Of a stretch of DNA of 64,000 nucleotides, positions 1 to 12,512 are shown piece by piece. The number at the start of each line of letters is the position of its first letter. The stretch's first letter is position 1. The notes beneath the pieces are model-generated. The model was not told the DNA's origin, searched no databases, and worked only from the letters and a program-made list of their open reading frames with translations. The stretch comes from Octopus bimaculoides (lineage: Eukaryota): NCBI RefSeq assembly GCF_001194135.2, contig NC_068983.1:162472103-162536102 (forward strand), in the 5' to 3' direction. A program made the position numbers and the translations under genes.

Positions 1-1379
1 TTGAGGGAATGATTTCTTTCTAGATACACTTTATACCACCAACCTTTGTAATTATTGACTCTTATTGCTTGTAAGGTGAAAGAGTGCATATTCTAAAACC
101 AGAAATGTGTATATTTATACACAAACACACGTGTATATATTTGTATATTTTGAAGATTTTTTTTTTTTTTGTTGTGATTGAGAAATGTTTTTTGAAAGTG
201 TTTAAACTTTGTATTTTCTGTGATTTTGTCTCTAACTTATGCTATTCTCTGTAATTCTTGACCATGTCTTCATAAAACTCACTTCCACTCACCTGACCTG
301 TTGAAATTACATGTTTTTTTTTTTGTTTCTTTTCTTTTTTGTTTTGTATTTCGATTTATAAATTATGTTAATGATTCTGATTGTGCCTTTAACTTAATCT
401 ATTGTTGAGGTTGTTCATAGCGAAACCCTTGAACACATGAATGTTGTGACAAGGATAGTAATTTTATTGTAGATTATCATAGTTTAAATTTCAGCATCAT
501 TTACAACGAATATTTACAAAATTTAATCAATTGTACAAATTCATTATACTAAATATCCTGAAATATATTGATAATTTTGGTTTTAAGTGATCTCAATAAA
601 AAGGGGAGACTAATTTTGTAAATATCCCTATATTATTACCAATCTTTGAGAAAATTGCCATTGTAGTCTCTAAAATAATCCCACTCTAATTTTCACCAAA
701 ATTCCTTAGTGTCTTTGAAATGGAAACTTTTGACATGGTAATTTGCAGTACTAAAATATAAATCAGATATTCGTGTAATTATTATTCCTTTAATCCAAAA
801 TTCAAAATTATTTATTTGCAATACTAAAACTTCTATTTAAGTCTTATAAACTTGTCATTACAAATTTAAAATAAACCCTATAAAATTGACAACTTTTAAA
901 TCTAAAATTTTTGATAATTTGTCCTTTATTTGATAAACTCTTCAACGTCAATGATTAATGTAGCCTAAATTTCATCTTGAATGAAAAACACCAAAAATTA
1001 CTTTATTTTCTGCAACAAAAAAATCCACCTAATCTTGTATTGCAAAATACCTGTTTCCACCTGTGTAAAGTTACAAATCTCAAGAATTAAATAGTTTCTT
1101 CTGAATATATTTCAAAGAATTAAAACTTTAACACTAATTCAATATTATGTATAAACACTTTAAATCTCAGTACTTATACATAATGTTGACCTTCATCCTA
1201 TGTTGCTTTGTGGATATGCTTGAGTGTGTATGTGTGTGTGTGCAGTTGCATATGTGTATGTGTGTGTATACATGTGAGTGTGCATGTGTGTTTGTCCAAT
1301 TTAATTTTTTTTTTCTCCCTATTTCTAAATATTATTAAATTTCCATTTGTCTGCTTCCAAGTGCGTTCATCTGTTTCAG

Positions 1380-4300
1380 ATGATCTGATCTCACTACTAG
1401 ACGCAGGTGCAGATCATCCAAGCGTGGTCATTGATGCTGATGTCATGTTCAATGAAGACATGTTTGGCTACTCATCCTTGCGCAGCAGAGGGTCAGGTGC
1501 TCGATCCAGGCTTGGTGAGTTTGGTTTGCACTTTTTCCTTAGTTTCTCAAATCTTAAGAAACTATTGACAGCTTTCTGCAGAATTAATATTTCTAAAGAA
1601 TACCTTCCTTGTATTCTTCTTTTGGCTTCTTTATTTTTTTAAAGGAGTCTTTTTCTATTCAATAACTCTGTTAATCCTGGCCAGTTAAAGTTTTTAATCA
1701 CAGTTGTCAACATATTTATTAGACATAATAAATTTATTATATAAAAACTAAAGCCCTAATCCACTTCTTTCAAAATATTAGACTATTTTATATTTGCACT
1801 TAAAAGTTTACATTTTTATCTTAATATTATTTTCCTTTAAACAAACTTGGATATAAAACAGAAATACAGCAAATATTCTTCCTGAGCAAAATTGAGGTCC
1901 TAATCTTAAACTTTCATAATTTGGGGCATTTTAAACAGTTATTTAATAACTTACAGTATATAATTCATCTTTTATTCCATAAGATAAAACATTAAACAGA
2001 AATTAAGTTGTTCTAGAAAACAAACTACAGACTATTTATAAAAAAAAAAAGATCAGCTCTATGTAATTTAAAGATTTTTAGAAATTTTATGTAACTTTAT
2101 GTAATGTATTAAATACTTACTTTTAGTATTTTTAATATTTGCTTGTTAATTATATTTTGTATGTGTTCCCAGTAAATCTGATTTATCAAAAATAGTCTGA
2201 ATAAGACAATATATTTTTTTCCTTTCTTTATTCATTTTGTTATTAAATATTGCATTGTTGTTTTCTTTGCAGCTGGTGAAAGGGAACGTGATATTGATAG
2301 AGATCGAGATCGGGAGTCCATATTTCGTATTAGAGATCGACGGCGACTGATGGAGAGCTCTTTACGAGAAGAAAGCATGAAAGCTCTTGATAGTAAAAAT
2401 GACTCCGTCATTGGTGAAAACAAAAAAGCTGTTACTAGTCCTCCTCCAAGTCCTTTAATTTTTGGAGAAGATTTGCAATTTTGGACTGAGAAGGTGAAGA
2501 ATTTATTTCCTAATCTTATATCATCTACAAGTGACAAATTCAAAATTTCTGTTTTCCTTTGATATATTTTACATTATTTATTGATTTGTTAAATCTAAGA
2601 AAATTTTCTTAATCACTGCCACTTTCTGTATTTTATTTCATTCTTTCATTCCACTTTTAAAATTTGGAGTGGTGAGTGGCGGAGGTTAACCATCTTATTA
2701 TCACCTGGAGATAAAATATTCTACCCTTAATCACTTTTTCTATAACTACTACCACCACTACTGCTATCATATGTATTTATTTCTAAGTGAAGGCTTAGCT
2801 GTTTGGTTGTTAAGTAGTTCTTTTCTGTTGGACAAGTGTCTTCTGGTATAGCCCTGGGCTGACCAAACCCTTTTGGATAACTTTAGTGGTCAGAAACTGA
2901 ATGAAGTCCATCATATGTGTATATACGCCTGTGTTTGTGTGTTAATGTCTTGTTTGCTTCTGCACAAAGTTTCAATGCATGGGCAGTGTTGCTGTTATTG
3001 TTAGTTCATCTGCCAACCAAATCATTTATTAACTTTGCACCTTTGAAGCTACATGGAATAAGATATCCTTACTTGGAAAATAGATAAGGTTTAATGACAG
3101 GAAGAGCCTCAGTAACATTTGTCTAACTCTTGCAAGCATGGAAAAACATGCAAAATGAGCAGTTTTCTGAGTTAACAAATCAAATCTAATAGCATCATTT
3201 GTTTTTCTTTGTGTTGAATCTGATTCACTGTTTTCTGTTTTTCTTTTTTAGTCCAACACCGACTTCCAGTTAACAAATCTCTCTCTCAGCTCTGTCATCT
3301 AATATCACTATGTTCACAGTAGAAACCCTTTTGTCATGTTTTGTAATAAGTGATTTAATGAATACTTTTTTAATAATTTGTATTTTATCTATTTTTCAGG
3401 ATGGTAGTTTCCCCAAATTTTCTCACATAGCTGCAATGCATTCTGAACTTGTAGCTGTAAGCACAAATGGTTGCCTCTATGGTTGGAAATGGTCAGATCC
3501 AGAGCCTTACCGTAGTTCAGAGGTGAGTTGTTTATTATTCTATACCATCACTGTTGTTGAGGTTGTTGTTGTTATCAGAGTTCAACTATTTGTAGTCAGT
3601 GGTGCTAAATTCTTTGTAATAAACATGTTGTTTTTATAGTTGAATAATTTAGGGTAAAAAGAAAATTTTGAATGTGAAGTTTAAAGATATTTCAGCGAGG
3701 CTTTTATTTACATTAAAATCTGTGTAAATATAATTTAGAATTGAAAAAATACAGTTTCTTTACTTGAAATCTTAAACCACTGAGAACTGTTGAATAGTTT
3801 GTAATTAACTTTTAAAGAAATAAAGAAGTTGGCATCACTTAAAAAGCACCTGTGCTGAGCCATGTAAAAAACGCTTGTGCCGGAACCATGTAAAAAGTAC
3901 TCAGTACAGTCTGTAAAGTGGTTGGCATTAGGAAGGGCATTTAGCTATATAGGAACCAGGCCGAATCAGACTGGAACCTGGTTCAGCTCTGGTCAAACCA
4001 TCCAACCCATTCCAGTATGGAAAATGGATGTTAAATAATCATCTAAATGTGACTGATGCCAGTACCCCCCCGACTGGCTCCCATGCTGGTGGCACATAAA
4101 AAGCACTATCCGAACGTGATCGATGCCAGTACTGCCTGACTGGCCCTCATGCTGGTGGCATGTAAAGAGCACCCACTACACTCTCGGAGTGGTTGGCATT
4201 AGGAAGGGCATCCAGCTGTAGAAGCCTTGCCAGATCAGATTGGAGCCTGGTGCAGCCGCTGGCTCTCCAGACCTCAGTCAAACCGTCCAACCCATGCCAG

Positions 4301-7300
4301 CATGGAAAACAGATGTTAAACGATGATGATGATAACGATGAATTGTGTGAATGTGACAATTTCTATTTTCTGCCTCTGTATTAATAATGCTCGTTTTTCA
4401 TGTTTGCTTTCAGAACACTTCAAATCATCATCCAAAAGCTGCTGCTTTAGGACTAACAGGTGAAAAAATAGTTGGTCTTTCAGCGTGTTCAGTGAGAGCT
4501 TCAGTATTCTTGGAGTCTGGTAAAGTGGCTACATGGGTTGATGACAGCCTTAACATTGTTGCTGCCAAACTAGAACATCCAGCTCAGACATTCCCTGAAT
4601 TTCAGACAGACAAAATAGTTTCCCTGCATACTTGTTCTCTCTACACATGTGCTCGATTAGAAAGTGGTGCATTATATTGGTGGTAAGTGATTGATTTTTC
4701 TGCTTGTATTGAATGTTTAAATTGTACGACCTGATTTTATTGTTCCTGTTGTGTTGGGTCTCTAGGGCCTTAAAACTGACCTTGTACTTAATATTAATTT
4801 ATTGCTGATGCAGAGCACCACAAGTAGCTTGGCTGATTTTTATACCACATTGGAGATATTCCATATGACCAGTCATTCTTTATATGGATACCCAGCTCGT
4901 TACATCATAATTGAAGAAATATAAGCTACTTGATAACCCCACTTGTGCTGGTGCCACATGAAAAACACCTAGTACACTCTGTAAGGTCATTGGCGTTAGG
5001 AAGGGCATCCAATCTTAGAGACCATGTGGGCCTGGTGCGGCCTTCCGGCTTGCCAGCGTTTGTCGGACTGTCCAACCCATGCCAGCATAGTTAAAAGATG
5101 ATCATGATGATATTTTGCCAGATATGATTCCCAGTTATTTGAAATGGAATTTCAACAACTCTTGTCATTCAAAATTAGTTTTGTCCCATTTTCCAGTCAG
5201 AATGTTTTAGGAATTATGCTCATTCATTTCTTGAACAGGGGTGTCATGCCATTTGGTCAAAGGAAGAAATTGCTTGAGAAGAACAAATCAAAAAAGAAAA
5301 AAAATAAAGACAGCAGCGTTAACAATGAAGTTGTAGCTGGGTCTTTGGTGAGTTTCATTTGTGTATTGCTGCTTCTTTCCAATGTTTTGGTAATTCCATT
5401 ATAATCACATAAATTTCTGAATTTTCTAAACCATTTTTATTTTACATTCCTTGTAAAGAATTTATTTCAGTATTTTCTTTTTTAGATGCTAAATTAATGA
5501 TTTCTAACTTTGGCAATCTCAAATTTGGTGGAGGGGTGGGGTACAGTTTTAATTATTTTGCCTCAGAACTTAACTGGTGCTTTATCAGTTGTGGAAATAG
5601 GAAAGACAAAGTTTTGATTTCAACTGGATTTGAATTCAGATTGTAAAGAATATCAATCATGAAGCATTTTGTCTGATGGTGCTACTGGTTCTGTCAAATT
5701 AATTAATGTCTAAAGTCAATATTCCTCTAGTTTTTGAGTTCTTTACCATATTACCATATTCTTATTGAATACAAATAAAATATTTTAAGGGAATATAATA
5801 ATCTAGAGAGTTTTAAAGATAAATATGAAAAGGCCTCATTTCTTAAATTAATTTAGCCTTCAACTTTCATTTCTATTTCTCATTAATCCTCATTACTTTG
5901 TAAGGAGCACAGGGCCAGTTTCTTGGTTTCTCGGTGCATGTATCTTCCTCCCGGGACCAAATGCTGGTCCATCACAGGATTACTTATTGATTGTGATTAC
6001 CAGCTGAGTGGAATGGAGTGATGTGAAATGAAGTGTCTTGCTCAAGAACACAATGCATAGCCTGGCCCAGGAATTGAAACCACAATCTTATCATGAGTCC
6101 TGTAACCACCTGTCAAAGTACTGAGCAGTGGAACTGAACCTAAAGCCACTTGTATGTGAAGCAAGCTTCTTAACCACTCATGCATTTTTTGAGAGATATA
6201 ATTAGCTTGTCTGGCTAACGAGACTTGTCAGACATATTTCTTGATATATCTTTGCAGACTACTTATGTCTAAAATATACACTTTCTTATTAAATTATTGA
6301 ACGTGAATTTCAAAATAAAATTTGTGTGGTAAAGATTATTTGCCAACATAACACGGCAGTCGGGGTTTAGGATGAATGTTGCTGTAATTTAGCCCCAGGA
6401 GACATCGTCTCCAGCTGGCTATACGACATGATCTGTGTACTTATATTTTCGAACAAGGACACTCTCTGAGTGGTCTACACTCTCAGTGGTTGGCGTTAGG
6501 AAGGGCATCCAGCTGTAGAAATTCTGCCAAATCAGATTGGAGCCTGGTGTTGCCATCCGGTTTCACCAGTCCTCAGTCAAATCGTCCAACCCATGCTAGC
6601 ATGGAAAGCGGACGTTAAACGATGATGATGATGACACAGATCGTGTCGTATAGCCAGCTGGAGACAATATCTCCTGGGGCTAAATTACAGCAACATTCGT
6701 CCTAAATCAGGACTGCCATGTTATGTTGGCAAATAATCTTGACTCCAAAGTACTGTTACTGAATATCTCTCGTTGTGAGATTTACAAATAGTCATTTTCT
6801 AATTAGAATTTGTGTGTTTTAAATTACTCTTAAAATTTTAAATTAATTTTCAAATTTACCTGTAATTAAAATGAAAAATTTCTATTTCAGGTTTGTTTGC
6901 GTAGCAGTCCTATGTATCACTCAGGGGCATTGGGATTTACCACTGTTGATGGTGTTCCAAAAGTTGGTCAGCTGATGGAATCAGCATGGTCGTTGAATGA
7001 TACCTGTCGTTTCAAGATAATCCGGGTGTCAGTTAGTGATGTGAAGGTGGAGACAAAAGTCGAAAACAAAAGCTCTGACTGTAAACCAGATATGCCTCCC
7101 CCTCCATCACCAGCTTCATCTACATGTAGTGATCACAGTGGAACATCCATTGTTAGTCCAGTATCTCTCAGTAAGTAACAAGTTTGCGCATTTTCATTCT
7201 TTAATTTCTCTCTCATTTTCAGTTGATTTAAATTTATTTTTATAAAGTTGTTTTCCTTCTTAGAAAGGAAGAGAATATTCCATCATTATTCTAATAATAT

Positions 7301-10300
7301 TTAACTAATCAAACTACAGAGCGTAAGAAAACTCCTACACCACTCAAGGAGATGGAGAAAAAAGATGAAGAAAACTGGCCTTTGAAGACTGTAATATTTG
7401 TTGAAGATATTAAAACAGTTCCTATCGGAAAAGTGCTCAAAGTGAGTCAAATATTTCAATTCTTTTGCTTAATTTCTAATTATGGTCAAAGTTTTTAAGA
7501 GTTTTAGTTACACGAATAATCAATACTAATTTTATTTTTCCACTTAAATTACATTTAAATTCTATTTTAATAACATTTTTGTATGTAATCTTGTCTTTCT
7601 GGTTAAAATATTCTGAGGGTTATTAGATGGGTTAGATTTATTCTTGGTTGCATTGATAATGCTATTGGCTATTTCGTTTTTGCATAATATTCCTGTAATT
7701 TGAACCGTCAACCCTTTGTAAGTGATTGTTTAGATATTCTGCTCAATGTAGGGTAGTAGGCTTTGCTGGTCACTGCTGTTATGCTGAACAACCAGCCATA
7801 TTAAGTGTTATATTTTGGAGACCTCCACACCCAGATGGAGGAAGGAAGCAACTCGACTATATTCATGTTATAGTCAGAGACACCACATGAAACTGAAAAC
7901 CTACCAAAATTAATGGGAGACAGGAATTCTTGGCGCAGGGTTGTAAAATCATGTTGGTAGCAGCCACTTGAAGAACTCTGGCAAAATTTTGAAAGAAACC
8001 TACCAACATTATTCTAACCTAGGCATTAATAATAGTAAATAATTATATTTTTCTGTTTGTAAGTCTTTGGTTACTTTTGTTTAGAGTTTTCAGTTTTTCT
8101 CAATTATGGATTTTACATTGACCATTTCATTCCTTGCATAATTTTTGTCAGTCATATTATCACAGGTATCTAAATAAAACTGAGCAACAGACTCTCTCTC
8201 TAATTCTGCTCAGAATCTAGTTTGTAGTACAAATGTATGTTTAAATGTCTCTGGGTTTCATGAGGCAAATGGTTGAATTCTTTGGTAAAACACAGCTGTA
8301 AAATGGTAATGTTAAAAAATATTGAGGGGGGGGGAAGTATTATGGTTGTTATTTGACTAATTACTAGACGTCTGGAATATTTTTAACACGTTGCCTGCCA
8401 CAGGATATCGATATGATCTGCTTCTATTTGCCAAAAGGGTTTTTATTAATTTTCTCAAATCAGAAAGCTGAAATATTTTGTGTGGTGGTATATAGGTACA
8501 TAATACATGTAATTACACTACAATGACGTGATACAAGTTACCTCATTGTAATGCAAAATACTCAGATTGGTTTGCTATGAAGGCTTTGAGGGTATGTTAT
8601 TCATTATTTGACTATGTCTCTTCATTGTATAATGTTTTGTTTATGAACTCACGGAAAATGAACTATTGGAAGATGATATCTTCGAGTCAGAGAGTGAATA
8701 CTCTGATGCTTTGGATAAAAATTATGTAGCAAATACCAGTGATGCCAGTTCTACTGATGAAGATGAACAATTAGTTGCTCGAGGTCGTAAGAGACAACAC
8801 AGTTCTCCTGCACCAACTGCGTCGACATCTAATGCTTATACCTGATATATATATATATATAGATATATAGATATATAGATATATAGATATATATAGATAT
8901 AGATATAGATGTTTTACCAAATATATTTCTTGGCAGGTGCCATGATATGAGTTAACTCATATCATTGGGCAAATAAAGGATGTCTTTAGTGTTTCCACAA
9001 CACACTCACAATGTTAGTTCCAGGCGCCAGTTCATTTTAAGTGCATTACAATAAAATAGACCTCTACGAGTATGCTCGTAGCTGGCAAAATTGTATAGAT
9101 TGCCAACTACGGGATAACTCGTAGTTGGCAGTCAATGTGTTAAAGAGCTACTTTTTCAGATTTACACAACTCTCAAATTAGTGAATTCAGTGTGCAGAGA
9201 AATGGAAATTTCAAATTTAGGTATTGGAAGTGTGTTCCTGATGATTTGAAAGCCAATCAATTAGTCACTGAAATAGCTGCTGAATACCCTCAAATATCAC
9301 AGTGCTCTCTTTCCAAAAAAAAAAAAAAAGACATTTGCTATAATGCAGTCTTTCACCCCTTGAAAACGAAGCGGGTGGTCACAGGCAGGATATCATGGAT
9401 AGCATTCCTGCTGCATCAGAATTCATCTAAGGCTCAGCATTTGATTAGACACAAACTGACAGATCATTTGTGTCCAAAGTACATTAACATAGCTTTAGGG
9501 GAAAAAAAGAAAAAAGAAAACTCATAGAGAACTGGGATAAGACCTGAACAGGATGGAATCTCTTCTTAGATTACAGGGCTTGCTCACAGCAGATGTTATT
9601 ATAATTAATTAGGGGGAGTATCTTGATTTGATTAATTACTCTTAGTGCATTTAAAATAGAAATATTGTGTGAGGATAACATAAAAAGCAGACAAGTTCAG
9701 ATTAGTGCTAGAAAGTAGGGATTAGAGATGCAGACAAATACCTCAGTCAACATTTCATGTGAAAAACCTGGCTAACAGAATGTCAAGCGAGAGAATTTGT
9801 AGAGGTTAAATCCACAGGACATCCCATACAAACCTTTAATTCTAAAGAGATTCAGCAATATTGATTGGTGCATCTATCATAGTGTGTAATAGCAATTAGA
9901 CTTTTAAAAAAATGTTTGTTACATAACTCTTTATTCAAGGTTGTGATCATTTCAAATGGCTAGAGGAACTATTTCATAATACACATTTGTTTGTACATAT
10001 AAATTCATGTAAATCCATGCAATACCTAATTAAAGTTTATTCCCCACCATTCCCATCAAACTTTAAAGTTATTTTGGTAGTTTTTAGAGTTTCAGACAAA
10101 CATATGCTGTGGTAGAGCTGGAGTTTCCATAGTGTCGGTTACAACCGTGAAGTGTTCCCTCAACAAGATAATTCAGCAGATGGAGATTAACTGACATATC
10201 AGATTATCTTTAATTATAAACTTGCCAATACCACAGCCCCAGTTATCATCATCATCATGTCTTTTTATTGTTTGATTGTTATATATGTATACTGAATAGC

Positions 10301-10528
10301 TAAGATGTTTAGTATTAAATGATGCCACGCATTGAAATCACTAACTTAATATTACAGTGACTAAACTCGTATATCTGTTCTTGAATTAGAAATTATAATA
10401 GTCAGGTTACAATGCTTTTATGGCTCAAAATGAGTTATTTTGAAAGTGAAAATCATCTTGAAATAGTGCTTATAATGTTTAATGTTAGTATTATATTTTC
10501 TTTTATGTATAATGTTTAATATTGTTTT

Positions 10529-10566
<38 letters not shown>

Positions 10567-10576
10567 NNNNNNNNNN

Positions 10577-10613
<37 letters not shown>

Positions 10614-12477
10614 CCAAATATATTTAGTATGAAATATTCTTGTCAATATTGTACAAATGCTTGCTTTATAAATACATAATGTTTGGCCTGGTTTGCTTTC
10701 CGTCCTCAGCTTTTGTATTTTTTCCTGCCTTGTATCATGAAAAGTGCGTCTAAGTTTCAGTGACATTCATTGTGGCTTAGTTGTAGGAGCTGCTTTAAAC
10801 AATTTGATAGAAAATTCACAAAAGCGCTTAGTTTGTGCATCAATCTTGTAAAAATAGACACTATATTGTACCATCATTGTTTTATATCTGTTTATCCATG
10901 CTGGCATGGGTTGGATGGAGTTTACATTAGCACACAGCACTTCACCACTTGTTGCAGTCCCTTGTCACCTTAAACACACAGTAAGACAAAGCACCAAGTT
11001 CTGTTATGGTCTATGGCATATTTAAAAATTTTTTTGGCATGTTTTTTCTTTTATGTCCTTCAACCACTTTACAGCATAGACTGGGCATATGTTATCGTGC
11101 CACTAGGCAGGTTCTTTAATAGTAATCTTAAAACATATACCTTTATTATTGTATTAGGAATAGTGGCATTGGAATTTGTTTCGGATTCTTGCAGAACAGT
11201 TTTAGATTATTCGAAGGAACTTTCTAAAAGATACATTTCTATGTCATCAGTTTAAACTTCAGACTCCCTTCTAACCAGTTTACTTTTGTCTAATATGTAT
11301 TATTTTATTTTAGTTATTTATGTTTTGCCGTTTAGTTAGAATTAAATAAGACATTAATATAATATTTTCCTTTTCGCATAGTTATTTAAAATTGAATTCT
11401 AAGAGGTTTTAACCTTGTTTCAGTTGTTTTTGTCGTAGATCTGAAGAAAAATGTGTCATTGGTTGTTTCAGGGATTCTGTTGTTTTGCTTCTTTAAACAG
11501 TATGTCTGATATAATTCTATATTTCTGAGACTAGGAATTTCTCTTATGTGTACTGTTTATATTAGTCAGTGTGGTATCCTCGTCTTCAGTGTTGAACTCG
11601 GTCGATTGAAACTCCGATACAGCAACCGAGTTCAACATAACACCTGAAGAAAGCCGGAGCATACAACAGCCAAAATATAGTGAAAGCTTCAATGAAAGAT
11701 GAAGACATTATACTGACTAATACAAACAGTATATATATATAGTATGTCTGATATTTTTCCAGTGTTCTCTTTTCCTAGTTGAGTCTGTGGGGTAGTTTTG
11801 TTTCTTTGAAGGATTTCTCAGTGTCTTCTCATTTAAATTCCCTCAGCTTCAATAAAAACATTTTTCCCTCCTTTCTTTTTTTACTCCAAGTAAAAACATG
11901 GAAGGCAGTGTCTGTTCAGTCAGTTTATGGAAAGTCTTAGTGTTGATAGCTTCTCCATTTTTTTTTTTTCCCCCCTTTAGGTTGATGGTGCCTATGCTGC
12001 TATAAAATTCCAGCCCAAAGAAACTGATCAGATGGGATCAGCGTCCAAAGAAGATCCTTCAGCTGTGCTGCAAGATTGTCGGCTGTTGCGAAAAGATGAA
12101 TTGCAGGTAGGACAAAATAATCCTTGATTGGATCACTACATTCCACATTGGTTGGAGATTTTAGTTGGATTTGACTGGCTTGATAGAGTGAAATAACAAA
12201 ACCTAACCTATATTTGCCTCACTTTTTCAATCCCTTTCACTCCCTGCTCACTTTTCTATTAGTTACAAATATTAATGTTGATTAGTAAATAACTTTTGAT
12301 GTCTTTGGAAACAAACAAGCCAAAAAAAGTGGGGGTAGGGGTTTCAAATCTAAGCTTAGTTATTTCAAATAATTTTGTTAATCTTCTGCTTGGAATTTGA
12401 AATAATGTTTTTGGGTTTATGCCGAAATAGTTGACAATGCTAATTACAACTATTTAAAAACACATTTCCAAAATTAA

Positions 12478-12512
<35 letters not shown>

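Noticed and set aside
4050-4334. Regularly spaced repeats resembling a CRISPR or tandem array
   Set aside because: Eukaryotic intron; the units are degenerate internal repeats of a dispersed retroelement with no unique spacers.
9700-9860. Possible Helitron PIF1 helicase remnant ([15 protein letters not shown])
   Set aside because: Only a short, weak resemblance with stops; not enough to call without a profile search.
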